From Amoebidium appalachense (taxonomy: Eukaryota > Protista > Ichthyosporea): a stretch of DNA of 64,000 bases. The position numbers and the translations under genes were made by a program. Where the stretch lies: assembly GCA_963693365.1 (NCBI GenBank), contig CAVNZM010000001.1:20406125-20470124 (forward strand), given 5' to 3'. The notes below the pieces were generated by a model. It had not been told where the DNA came from. It made no database searches and saw only the letters and a program-made list of their open reading frames with translations. Below, in pieces: positions 1 to 12,458 of the stretch (the stretch's first letter is position 1; each line of letters begins with the position of its first letter).

Positions 1-1214
1 GGGTGATAGACTTAGTGGCAGTTCAGCTTTCATAACGGACCAATCAAGCAAACGTATCAAAGATACAATATGCGGATAAAGAATTACAGCCAAAACGATT
101 TTAATTACAGTCTGCTTTGATTGGTTTATTTGCTTTACGGCTGTAGCATACCAATGTTATCTCTCGTGTATAACAGATTAGCGAAATATGATTGGCCATC
201 TATCATGCTATTAAAAGACGATGCTCAAAAATGCGACAGGATCTGAGCTTTGGGAACTGGGTCTTGCTTTTTTGAAGATTTTTTCGGTGCTGTGGTTCTA
301 TTTGCCCACAGCAGCCAGCTCCTTCTCCTTACGAGATTTTTTTTTTTCCCTAAGGAAAAAAAAAATCAACAATTTTTTGTTCTGTTTGAATCCTTACCAA
401 CATTATACATACTGTACAACATCTCTCAGGCTGATCTATCATCGAATGGATCTATAACCATGATCTATACAAGCGGGCACCTTCTTTTATCCAATTCCAA
501 ATCATGGTTTGGTCTCCCACAACAGTAACGATTGGTAAGATCTCATACCATCGGGTTACCGAGCCATCTGCACAATGCACCCACCTTCCATTTTGGGCTT
601 TCCCGCAGCCGGCGCCGGGCCGCCGGCTGACAGCTGTACACTGATTCAGCTGTGAGTTCGAGGCTGGCCCTGCAATCGGAAATTTATATATCCTAGCCCC
701 TTAAAATTTCTCACTTGAAAATATGTGTTTTGCTTGCTATTTTTTTTCTTGCTACGATTGGATTTATTTGCTACCATCTATCACACATGAGTTATGCAAG
801 GCGGGCTATTGGTAAGATCAGGCTTAGGGCCAGAAAATTGTCCCTGAAAGTCCGATAATCGTCCCTAACTTTTCGAGGCTAAGTCCATCAAGTTCTGAAA
901 TATTGGCCCTAGAAGAGCTAAATATACTAGAAAAATGGCAACTAGAAAAGGTTTTTGGCTCTATTAGGGCCATCCAGGCTGGTGGAAAGCTGCCAAACTG
1001 GCACTAGCCAAAAACAATTTCACACCCTGATGGAGATCTTGGCCAGATCTCTGCATGATATGAAATCTAATTATAACTCCTGACAGATACCAGTGGCTTA
1101 CCTGGCCAGGCCGTGCTGAGGGCCGTGCAGGCAGCCGCGTCACCCTTTTTTTTTCTTTTCGTTTGCACGGAATCAAGCGCCACCTTATACCTACCACCTA
1201 CTGAGGCGGTGTGT

Positions 1215-1251
<37 letters not shown>

Positions 1252-2761
1252 AAAAAGGGCCGCCTGAAGTAGATGTATAACGCCGCACGTGTGGCAACAC
1301 GTCAGTACGTGTTAGACCTTATAATTATACACACGAGCAACGTTAGGAAGGAGCCATGGGAAAAGGCAATAAACAGTTTCTGCACATTGAACGAGGAGGT
1401 TTCATTGCACCTGCTTGTTATAACTGTGCGAAACAATTATACTCAAAGTTGCTTGGGCCACATCATGCTGGCATTGCTGTGTAGGGTGTCGTTGAGCTGC
1501 GCGCCGGCGAACCACTATGGTGAAATACAGTGATGATATACTAGCTCCCGTATTGCACGCCCCACACTGACGTTACGTCTCATGGCATTCCACTCACGTG
1601 AGCATAGCATTACGAACACGGTTTTCAACAGACCACGAACACACTTCGCCTGGACAGAGCACTCACCCAAGCAAACAAAATCCAAGCAAACAAAAACGCT
1701 TGGGAACGTGCAAGCATTTCGCTGAACTTCACAAGAAGAAACCTTTAACAATACTGAAACAAACATGGTATCATGCACACGCAGACAGGAGCACCAGGAC
1801 GGCACCGTATTCATGCCCACCCATACACACATACCGTTGCACACACATCCCCACTCACAGAGACACACACACAGTTAGACTCACAAAAACTCACTGTAAC
1901 AGAGCACCCGCTAGTAATAGCACACACGCAGAAAGAAGAAGGGGAGAGAGAGGGGGAGGGGGGGAGAGAGGAGTGAGAGAGAAAGTGAGTGAGGGAGTGA
2001 GAGAGTTGAGAAAGAGAGAAAGGAAAGAGGGAGGGAGGGAGAGAATAAGAGAGGCAGTAGAGCTTCAGTGTGTACTTGTGTGTTTGTGTGTGTGGAGGGG
2101 GAAGGGGTGGGAGGTGGGGGGTGGGGCAGCCGGGGGGCGGAACGAAGAAATGACGAGGGAAAAAGAGGGAGCAAGGGAAAGGGAAAGAAAGAATCCGGAG
2201 AAAAGGGGTGAGGCGGGGAGGGGGGGGGGGGGGGGGGGAGGGGGATGCAGACAGATAATAGTAGGCCGCGATGGTGCGCTTTGAAAAAGGATAAGTTTTT
2301 CTTATCCTTTCTAACTCGTACCCTTGGAAAATTGAGAGTAGACATGCTCATACGGCGGCTGAGGCCACAGTCGCATGTGGCAGCCAGGTAGGCGAAGCAA
2401 AACCATGTTTGGGTAGACTGCCACAAGTCAGAAAAATATTGTATGGCTGCAAGCGTACCGATTAAGTTGCAGTGCGCACGTACTATGTAATGAATTTACC
2501 AATACGCACACTTTGCGCATGCCAATGAGAACAAAGTGTGCGTATCGGGATAGTCCGTGTGTAGGCGGACGTGTGTCCTGGTGTGTGTCTGTGACGTGTG
2601 TTGCAGCGTGTGGTGTGTGAGAGGGTGCATGTGAGTGTTGCGGTGTGTGGGTGTGTGCATATGTATGTGTTTGTGTGTTTGTGTGTTTGTGGTTGTCACA
2701 ACTTGTGTGTCACGGCCGGTGCACGGTGTGTGTGTTGTACTGTGTGTCAAGGCGTAGGACA

Positions 2762-2763
<2 letters not shown>

Positions 2764-2845
<82 letters not shown>
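2764..2845. repeat. (TG)n microsatellite, one of many (also 18722-18791, 27341-27447, 33997-34074, 55958-56044, 60772-60851; (CT)n at 6088-6155)
   Basis: Directly visible dinucleotide arrays. Confidence 0.95.
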
Positions 2846-2846
<1 letters not shown>

Positions 2847-3890
2847 GTGTGGCACGATGTGTGTGTGTGTTTGAGTGCTAGAGCTGCCTGAGGTACGTCA
2901 AGTCATGTTGGTACTGGGACCACCTACTGAGACCGTGCACGGTGCCGGGACCCAGCCTCTGGCCCGGCCTAGGCTCCATGGCAGGCATATGAGCGCTATT
3001 TTTCAAAGCGCCGGACTAAGGAGGGTGACTGATCGATCACGTGCCTGCCTTCTGATTTCCTGTCCTGGAATAAAAGCTCTCAAATAGATGTATTCTTACG
3101 GCGGCTGGAGGGCCCATCGTCTGGTGGTGGCCCTTGTCCTGGACTCCTGTTGCAAGCTTTTGCAATTGGGCAGGGCTCTGCCCTGAAAAAACAAGCCGCA
3201 TCAGTGGCGTCCAAGGCCTCCTCAAAACAATACTCTGACAGGGGGCTTTGGTGGCGTCACGCTGTGTTGTCACGATATACTGTGTGACATGTGTTTTAAA
3301 TCCTGAGGCTGACTTCTGAACTTCAAAGTATGAGGGTAGCTAAAGTTGTTCAAGTGACCGTGGTTCGACAGTCAACTTCGAAGTTCCGTTCCACGGTCTC
3401 CTGAACATTTGCAGTGTGGAGAAAGGCATGTGCGAAGTGTTGTCCTGATTGGGTGAACGCGAACCCGCAAAGCCCCAGAATACTGATTGGATGGTTTAAG
3501 GGTTTATGTCCGTTTATGGTGCCACACATGCTTGTCATTGGCTGTAAACGAGGTAAGTATGCTGTTGAGAGTTATAATATGATTGGGTGGTCAGGTGTAG
3601 GGTTGATAACGTTTTATATGGTAGACCTAAGCCCTGGGCCCCTGAGCTGCCGTAAGGCTTGCTTTAATAATCCCGAAGTGTTCCAGAGATACATTTTATT
3701 CCTTTCAAACACCTTTTATCATTTAGAATGGTCAGGGACTTTTGAATGGGCTAAGATGTAGTAAATGGGTTGCCTGCATGTTGGCCACTAGGTGCCATGA
3801 CAATGACGCTATCATTCAAGGCGCAGGTGATTAGATACAAATCAGCAACACATTTGTTCTAGCCTCAACCATTGTTGCCCCAGAAAAACC

Positions 3891-4292
3891 GCGGGTTCTT
3901 GTGACTTGACTTGACTTGGAGTCGTGCCTCGACTTGAGACCCGATGTCTCAAGTCGCGACTTCAGGTGACTTGTTACTATTTTTAGTGCACATTTTGACC
4001 GATTCATCGCGCGCTGGTGGGCGGGGGCTGGGGGGAAGGGGGGGGGAGGGGGTAAAGGACTGGGGGGGGGGGTGGGGGGGGGGGCTCCGGACGGCTCCCC
4101 AGTCTCCCCCCCCCCCTCCTCCTCCCCCCCCCCCCCTCCCCCCAACCCCCTCACGCCACGGGCGGGCCGAGGCCCCCCACCCTCGGCCCAAGTCACCCCT
4201 GAGTCACGCCTGATGGCCTGACTTGACTTGAGTCAAGTCAGGAGCTTTCGTGACTTCAAGTCGCGACTCGGAGTCAAGTCGTCACACCCCTG
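3891..4292. mobile_element. Non-autonomous hAT-like MITE with GACTTG/CAAGTC subterminal repeats
   Basis: Many GACTTGACTTG / CAAGTC / AGTCGCGACT units at both ends. The right end read on the minus strand is CAGGGGTGTGACGACTTGAC, a hAT-style CAGGGG terminus. The left terminus is degenerate and no clear TSD was seen. Confidence 0.55.
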
Positions 4293-4485
4293 TGTGCGTT
4301 AAGTTGCACGTTGTGATAGTTGGTGTGCTGATTGCTGTTCGTGCTTTCAAAGTCACCTTAGTCACCTCTTTGACAAGTCCTAGTATCTACTACATAGACC
4401 TGCTTTAGCTAAACCAAGTCGAAGAGCTATGTTGCCACAATATTAAAAACCTGCAGGCCACTAGACTTGCTGCTCGCACGCCACC

Positions 4486-5406
4486 ATGCACCAAATACTG
4501 TGCAACCTTTCGGCCTGCCTGCCGGTGGGCACGCGCAGCACCAAAGTACACCCCGCCCTGCCCCCACAACCTCCAAAAACCCCACTGCCCTCCGACCGGC
4601 GGTTTAAGATTTTAAAACCGAACGTAGCTACTGGTGCCTCAGCAACTGTGGACCTTGCGCTGGACACTTTTACTGGGCAGAAGGTCGTGGTGAAACGGGT
4701 AAAGCGTACGGAGAAGAACCAGAAGTCCCTGCTCTCGGAGGAGATAATCCACCACAAGTTGTCACAACACAACCACCCGCACATAGCGCGGTTAGTAGAC
4801 ACGCGGCACGAGTCTGATGCCGTGTCTTTTTACATCGAGTACGCAGAGGGCCGTGACCTTTTGGAGAACATCCAACCTGACGTGGGGCTGCCCACCGAGC
4901 TAGCCCTGCACTATGCGCACCAGCTGTTCCTGGCCCTGGCCCACATACACAGGCTGGGCTATGTGCACAGGGACGTCAAGGGCGAGAACTGCGTGCTGAC
5001 AGGGGACAGGCGGGCGCTGAAGCTGATAGACTTTGGCTATGCCGTGCGCCTCTCCGATAAGGCCGCCATATCAAAGGCCTCGGGCACGGTGCCGTACCTC
5101 GCACCTGAGCTGCTGGGCAACTACTGCTCGGACCTGGCACGTGCCGACTGTTTTTCTGCCGGTATAGTCCTATTCACAATGCTGACGGGTAGGTTCCCGT
5201 GGGCACGGGCCAACAGCAGTGACAGCGAGTATGCGCTGTTTGTGCAGGGCAGACACTCAGCCTCGGAGGCACCCAGGTGGCAGGCCTTCCCCCCCATGGT
5301 CACGGCCCTGCTCACCGACCTGCTGACCCACCTTCCGGACAGAAGACCTTCGGCGGCAGAGGCGGCAGAGAGAATAGCACTCCTGTTAAGGGCGCAGGGG
5401 GCATAG
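4486..5406 (+). CDS. Ser/Thr protein kinase, CHK1-like (CAMK group), kinase domain only, 306 aa, intronless
   Basis: Single ORF with VVVK (beta-3 Lys), HRDVKGEN, DFG and GTVPYLAPE. IQPDVGLP and FPWARANSSDSEY resemble CHK1 IEPDIGMP and PWDQPSDSCQEY. The Gly loop is degenerate (ATGASATV). Confidence 0.9.
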   Translation: MHQILCNLSACLPVGTRSTKVHPALPPQPPKTPLPSDRRFKILKPNVATGASATVDLALDTFTGQKVVVKRVKRTEKNQKSLLSEEIIHHKLSQHNHPHIARLVDTRHESDAVSFYIEYAEGRDLLENIQPDVGLPTELALHYAHQLFLALAHIHRLGYVHRDVKGENCVLTGDRRALKLIDFGYAVRLSDKAAISKASGTVPYLAPELLGNYCSDLARADCFSAGIVLFTMLTGRFPWARANSSDSEYALFVQGRHSASEAPRWQAFPPMVTALLTDLLTHLPDRRPSAAEAAERIALLLRAQGA

Positions 5407-6085
5407 ACTCAGTCGCCACACTCTGCATATTTGATTAACTACGCATGAAGTGTTCTGTGTAGGCTACGTACACTACATGCCTGCGGCTTGCCACGTACCA
5501 CCAATTTTGCAAGGGACTCTGTATTCATCCAGTGATGTTTATATGTTTATAACTTAACATATGTACCGAATATTCTGATCGTGAGCATGTTTTTCCAGGC
5601 AGGAATGTACCAACAGCAGACTGTAAACTTCTGATTGTCATATTTTGATGTAAATAGTTAGACCTGTGTGCAAAGACAAATAGCGCTGTAGGAACAGTTA
5701 TTTCTGTATCAAACCCTGATGAACAACCTTGTTTTGAAGTCCTCTGTAACCTGCAGTAAATGTAAAAATGGCCGGAAATATGGACCAGGGCGGTTTGTCG
5801 CGATGCTTAACTTACCTCTTCTGCACATCAAACTCATCCATGTCTTCCCTTCCCCCTCCCCCCCCCACCCCCCACCCCCCTCTCCCTCCCCCCCTGTGGC
5901 ACTCGCCGAGCTCGAGAACTGGGAAGTACTCAACGATGAGAATACTCTTGTTTTCTTGCACAGTATTACTGTGGGCCGGAACCTAAGCCGTCCCCTCCTC
6001 CCCCCTTCCTTACTGTGGGCCGGAACCTAAGCCGCCCCCCCCCCCCCCCCCCCTCCCCCCCCCCCCCCCCCCCACACACACACAC

Positions 6086-6158
<73 letters not shown>

Positions 6159-6640
6159 TCCCCCTCCACACACCCCCCACACACCCTCTGCCACCCACAC
6201 ACCCGCTTTCTCCTCTCTCTTCCCCTCACCTCCTCTTGCCCGCCCCCAAGACAGCCACCCCCTCACCCCTCTGCCCCGTTCCAAAAAAAGAAAAAATGGG
6301 GTAAAAAACAACCACGCAGGCAACATCCCAACCTTCCTGTGCAAGCCATTTCACACAACAATGTAAATGCACGAATTCTGCCATTCCGAGGCTTGATAAC
6401 ACACCAGGTTCAAACGGCCATAAGTACCACTGGTCGGGCCCTAGATCGGACGAAGCCTCAGTGACCACAAGTTTATAAATGCAGATAGCCAACAGTACGC
6501 TGCTGATGCTCTGTTACAGTTGGCTAGTTCTTTTTGCATAAAACAAGCAAGGAATCACAGAAGAGGGTGCGGGGACGGAACAACAGGACGGGAAGGGGGT
6601 GGGGTGGGGTGGGGGTGGGGGTGTGCGTGTGTGCGTGTGT

Positions 6641-6690
<50 letters not shown>

Positions 6691-8177
6691 GGTGACAAAA
6701 CAGTTTGTACTTTCCTACATGTGCGTGTGGATCTTACGTATACGAGATGTCACTGTCTTGTACAATTTTTTATTCTGGAAAATTCAAGACTTGGATCACC
6801 GGTTCAAACGAGAGGAAGGTTTGCTAGGTCTATTTTACGCGAGGCAGGGTAGCCTCGGCGGGAGGTATGGGGGAGGCCCCGGGGGAGGGGCCAATCCTCT
6901 CCCCACTTTATGTGTGACCTCTATGTGTTAACTTGACTCACACACTCTATTCGCTATTTCCATCTCTCCCTCCCTTCGTCCCCCCTCACCCTTCTCCCCC
7001 CCCCCCCCCCTCCCCTCCCTCTCCCCCTCCCTCTCCCAGGGCCTCCGCCCCCTCCCCCCCCCCTCTCTCTCCCCACCCCCACCCGCTCTTCCGGCGCCCC
7101 CCGTCTTTTTAGAATTCTCTATCTCTTTCTGCGCCCCTGCCCGCGAGCTCTCTATCGATCTCTTACCAACCTAGTTATTGTAGAGAGTTCTCTCTCCCAC
7201 TTGTCCGTGTTCAGAAACCTGCCCCGCAGCTGAGGCTGGTGGTTGCACGATGTTCCGTGCACCGGACCGTGCACCTCATAGACGTTGACTGCAATGATAA
7301 GGCAGTATAACTGCTGCTGTGTTCCAACTGTACTTGTCAAACTGCTACCTTTCACAGTGTTTGGAGGTAGCTCTTATTTTTCAAGGCCGACAAAACTTTC
7401 CTTTCGATGCGAGTGCTCACGCGCTAACTGATCGCCAGAGTATAGTTGATCATACGGCAGCTGAGACCACAGTCGCACGTGGCAACTTGTCAAATGAGCC
7501 CACAGCATTCGAATTCAACCATGGCTTTTGGGCTAAACACTTTATAACGGGCATACCGTCTCGCCTTATTCTCAACGTTGCGGCATTAAACACCGTCTGC
7601 ATGTCACGGGCATTACAACTGTCCTACATGCATGTGACTGTGTGTGCGACACAGCACGTCTGCCTAGGCAGGTGCCGTTTGTTGTTCGTGCGCAGCCAAT
7701 CAGCAACGAGCCTGGGTGCGCTTCCAAAAGTGAGACTACACCCAGTACTACGTCATGCCTTCTTCAACACACACGTGCATGTAACTCATTTGGTGCCGGT
7801 GAAACAGACAAAAGTTTTTTTTCAGGGGGGTAAAAGAACAAAAGCTCTCTAATAGTCACAGCTCGTAAAGATACGTTAACTCGGGCATACCAGACAAGGC
7901 CTCAGGACCCTTGATACCAGATTAATCACAACGAGCCAGAGCGTTTACGTTTGAGACTAAAAGCCAATCTGGCTCCCAGCCAACTCGTGTCGAGAGCTCT
8001 CTCACCTCTCGCACAAATTTCGTTTTGTCTGTCAACTGTCAAAGCCTTCCAACATAGCACAGTTGTGGGTTACCATATATACACAGCCAAGTACTACATA
8101 CAACCTAACGTTAGGCTGCACACGCGCAGGAAACACGCACACTGCCACGTGGCACACCCGCACACACAGCCGCCAAC

Positions 8178-9932
8178 ATGCCGGACTTCACCGTTGATGG
8201 GGACCACTTTGTGCTGGACGGCCAGAGGGTGCGGTTGCTATCCGGGGCTGTGCACTATTTCCGCTCGCTGCCAGCGCAGTGGCCCGGCATACTCGCAAAG
8301 CTGAAGGCCCTGGGCTGCAACTGTGTGGAGACCTATGTGGCCTGGAACATGCACGAGACGCAGCCCGGCGTGTTCGACTTTAAGGGTAGGAACAACCTTG
8401 CCGCGTTCATACGGCACGCTGCAGACCTTGGGCTGCACGTTATTGTGCGCCCAGGCCCGTACATATGCACCGAGTGGGAGCTCGGGGGGTTCCCTGCCTG
8501 GCTACTGCGCGACGGCGACATGAAGCTGCGCTGTGCGCACCCTTCCTACCTTCAGGCTGTGGACCGCTACCTCGATGCCCTTGTGCCGCACCTTGCGCCT
8601 CTACAAGTGCAGAATGGTGGCCCCATCATAGCCGTGCAGGTCGAGAACGAGTACGGCAGCTTTGGCTCGGACAAGGTCTATCTAGAGCACGTGCGCGCGG
8701 GCCTGAGGTCACGCGGCATTAAGTGTCTTCTGTTTACGTCTGATGGGCCCAGTGACCCCATGCTGACGCACGGCACAATCCCAGGGGTGCTCATGACCGC
8801 AAACTTTGGGTCCAACCCAAAGGAGGGCTTTGGTATATTGAAGAAGTTTCAGCCCACCGGCCCACTCATGTGCACCGAGTTTTGGAACGGATGGTTTGAC
8901 CACTGGGGCGAGGTACACCACGTACGCAACCCAGAGGATGCGGCAAAGACTTTGGACGAGATGCTAGCCATGGGGGCCAGTGTGAACTTCTACATGTTTC
9001 ACGGGGGCACCAACTTTGGGTTTATGAATGGTGCCAACACAGAAAACGAAACATTCAAATTCCAACCCACAGTTACCAGCTACGACTACGATTCCCCTCT
9101 GAGCGAGTGTGGTGACGTGACACCAAAATATCTCGCCTTTAGGGACGTGATTAAAAAATACGTCGATATAAAGGATTCGGTTCCTGAGAACACGCCCAAA
9201 CTGGCCCTTGGTGCTGTTACGTTGACGTCCGCAGCAGCACTCTTCCCTTCCATCGACAGACTGTCTAAGCCGGTGCATTCGGCAGCACCCCTGTGTATGG
9301 AGCTAGTGGGCCAGAACTACGGGTTCATTCTGTACCGCACAAAGTTCAGCCACCCTGTGGGCAAAACGAACCTTAACTTTGAGGAGGTTAGGGACAGGGC
9401 CCAGGTGTTTTTGGACGGCAAGGAGATAGGGTTGATGGAAAGAGACGGGCCCAAGAAAATGGAGATAGAGGTGACGGCACAGACACACACCCTCGACATT
9501 TTGGTGGAGAATATGGGCCGGGTCAACTACGGGCCGAAAATATTCGACCGCAAGGGGTTGGTGGGTAACGTGCGGCTCGGCTACACACAGCTGCACGGGT
9601 GGGACATGTACCCCCTGCTCTTGGACAACCTCACCACCCTCGAATACTGGAACGCAGCACAGCTACCAGCCGGGCCTGCATTCTACCGCGGGACATTTAA
9701 GGTTCCAGAAAAGGGAAAAGATACGTTTTTGGCACTCCCTGGGTGGAAAAAGGGTGTGGCGTGGGTGAATGGGTTTAACCTGGGGAGGTACTGGGAGAGG
9801 GGGCCGCAGAAGACGCTGTATGTGCCGTGGCCGTTGCTTGCTGAGGGAGACAACGAGGTGGTGGTCTTGGAGCTGCATGCGCCACACAGCAGCATGCAGG
9901 TCAGCTTTGTGGATGCACCAGGTCTGGGGTAG
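8178..9932 (+). CDS. Glycoside hydrolase family 35 beta-galactosidase, 584 aa, intronless
   Basis: GH35 motifs SGAVHYFR, ETYVAWNMHE, RPGPYICTEWELGGFPAWL, QVENEYG (acid/base Glu), TEFWNGWFDHWG (nucleophile Glu), NFYMFHGGTNFG, TSYDYDSPL, VENMGRVNYG and NGFNLGRYW-GPQKTLYVP. No signal peptide. Confidence 0.97.
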   Translation: MPDFTVDGDHFVLDGQRVRLLSGAVHYFRSLPAQWPGILAKLKALGCNCVETYVAWNMHETQPGVFDFKGRNNLAAFIRHAADLGLHVIVRPGPYICTEWELGGFPAWLLRDGDMKLRCAHPSYLQAVDRYLDALVPHLAPLQVQNGGPIIAVQVENEYGSFGSDKVYLEHVRAGLRSRGIKCLLFTSDGPSDPMLTHGTIPGVLMTANFGSNPKEGFGILKKFQPTGPLMCTEFWNGWFDHWGEVHHVRNPEDAAKTLDEMLAMGASVNFYMFHGGTNFGFMNGANTENETFKFQPTVTSYDYDSPLSECGDVTPKYLAFRDVIKKYVDIKDSVPENTPKLALGAVTLTSAAALFPSIDRLSKPVHSAAPLCMELVGQNYGFILYRTKFSHPVGKTNLNFEEVRDRAQVFLDGKEIGLMERDGPKKMEIEVTAQTHTLDILVENMGRVNYGPKIFDRKGLVGNVRLGYTQLHGWDMYPLLLDNLTTLEYWNAAQLPAGPAFYRGTFKVPEKGKDTFLALPGWKKGVAWVNGFNLGRYWERGPQKTLYVPWPLLAEGDNEVVVLELHAPHSSMQVSFVDAPGLG

Positions 9933-9951
9933 ACCACGTGGGGGGAGGGAC

Positions 9952-10002
<51 letters not shown>

Positions 10003-10592
10003 AGTAAATGAAGGCCCGGACCAAATAAAGGCCCGGACCCTTTCAGCTTTCGAGTATTTGTATGTAGGTCGCGGAAGGTGGATGTGCTGGTGGTGGTGTT
10101 TGGGTGGGTGGGTGGGGTGGTTTTGTGGGTAGATGTGTGTGTGTGTGTTTGGGGCGAGGGGGGGGGGAGAGGGGGCCACAAAGACGCAAAGAGACAAGCT
10201 CAAAAGATTAGAATGAAGCATTTTTTGCAAACGATTTGGTGACAATTATGTTAGTAACAGGCATAGAAAATGGCTTACCGGAACCGGGTTGCTAGCATAC
10301 CTGACACGGAGAAAATGTATAATCATTAGCACTTAGACACTAAATGATGCACTGACTGCTGGTCGAGGAAAAATATCATATTTGTGAAGCTTACCCCTAT
10401 TTTTGGTATGAAAAACAAGTGCGCCCAAATATATGAACCCTCAACCCTGCACGTGAATGCTGCTATTCCCGGGGATGTTGTATGTGTGTGTGCGTGTGGT
10501 GTACGTGTGCGCACGCACACATACACACACACAGGCACGCGCACATGCACAAGCACACAAGCGCGCACGAGCACACGCTCACCCGAACACAG

Positions 10593-10631
<39 letters not shown>

Positions 10632-11759
10632 GTGGCTATGCACCTCCCTTGAGTGGGGTATAATATCTATTAGTGGCTATTGGTGCCGTGACAATCCCGC
10701 GGTATATATATATCCGGTAATTACGTGGACGGTCTGAGGCGGCCTGTAATTTCAATGGAACAAATATCTTTCAGGGGTCTGATTTCCACCTTATGAGGGC
10801 CCCTGGTACTAAATAGACGCTGTTGAAAGACAACAATCAAGAAATTAATTCCTTTCGGGTCCAAGCGGAGGCATGCACCAACCCCTCCCCAACCCACTGC
10901 CAGATCTCATTACAATATGGTACAAAACCCCCCCCCCTCTCCCCCCCCCATCCTCCTCCCCCCCCCTCCCCCGCCCTTCGGATGCAAATCACACTATGGT
11001 ACCCCCCCTCTTCCCCCCTCCGGACCCTCCGGGGGGCCTGGGTGCCGGAGGCAGTATCGAATGCCCCCCCCCCCCCGCGCCCAACTCTTGTCCGCCCTTC
11101 CCCAACCCCCAACTCAACCCAAGGGGAGTGTGGGGGGGGGGGGGGGGGGGGAGGGCGGATACAGTAAAGCAGAATCAATGAATGAAAGGGCAGAGGTGAC
11201 CAAACTATGCATATGGCCATCATGCTGAGAGAAAGATCGAGGGGTGTATGCTATATATTCCGTGTGGGCTACAATTGAAAACCTCATTTTAGAAAAGCAA
11301 ATGCCGAGGGACCTGGGGCGGGTTTTATGGTTCTGAAAGAAAGGGAGGGTCAAAGAGAGAAAGGGGGATTGAGGGCTGACCACAAACACTAGATGGGCAG
11401 CAACAACAAAACACCGGCCCGTGTATGTGGTCTGATCTGTCGAGCCTCACTGTTCACACATCGATCAGTGTCAACATTCATTTATTGTGCATTTCAGTAT
11501 CATTTAATAGGCGTCTAGAGACCCATAGCGCAGAGCTTTCATTCATTTTGCCGTTACAATCGACTGGGTACCAACACAAGGCCATATCACCCAGGCTAGT
11601 ATTTGCCTTGTCTGACATACAATTCTAAAACTTTTTAGCTTTAAGGCTGGCAGCCACATATGCATATTCCTACTTTTATAGTTGTTTTGATAGTAGTGCG
11701 CCAATTCTAAATCGAAAGAAAAGTTGAACACTGCATATGGCAGTTGCCGTTTGATAATA

Positions 11760-12414
11760 TCAGTGGGAGGTGTTGCCCCCGTATTCGATCAGGCCCTGGG
11801 CCGTGTTGAAGAGGTTGATGGGTGACTTGCCGTCCGTGATGAGGGTGGACTTGAGCCCCAGTGCACTCAGAAGCTTGACCTGCATCTCGGGCCTGTGTGT
11901 GTGTGTGTGTGTGTGTGTACGGGGGGGGGGGGGGGGGGGGAGGGAGGTCAGTATGCGTGTATTTTTGGTACATCAGTACTTTCAACTTGTTTTTACTCTC
12001 TTTTGGCCTGTTCGTTTTCCTTCTTTCTTTTACGGTTGGTGGACTCGGCAGGTGGTGATGTTTGTGGTTGGTTGGTTGGGTGGGTGAATGGGGTGGTGGA
12101 TGAGTGGGGGGTGGGTGGGGGGTCGGGGTGGTGGTGGTTGGAGGTGGGGGGGGGGGGGGGGGGGGGTGGGTAAAGCATGCGTGAGAGTAGAGGTCTGTCT
12201 GTATGTGTTGCCGCGGAGGCGCCAGTGCACTCGTATTTGGGCTGCGGAGGGGGAAGGGGGAGGGGGGGGGGGGGGTAGAGGGTGGGGGGCTCCAGGCCTA
12301 ACGTACGACCAATCGGACAAGAACAGCTATCCATGCGCTGCCTGATCGTGTATGTGCTTTCCTTCCTGTTTTCTACCAAAACATAAAGGGCGCATGAGGG
12401 GACGGGTGTCTTTG

Positions 12415-12458
<44 letters not shown>

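Noticed and set aside
2875-3761. Possible gene upstream of the kinase
   Set aside because: Short ORFs on both strands with no recognisable domain and no consistent splice model.
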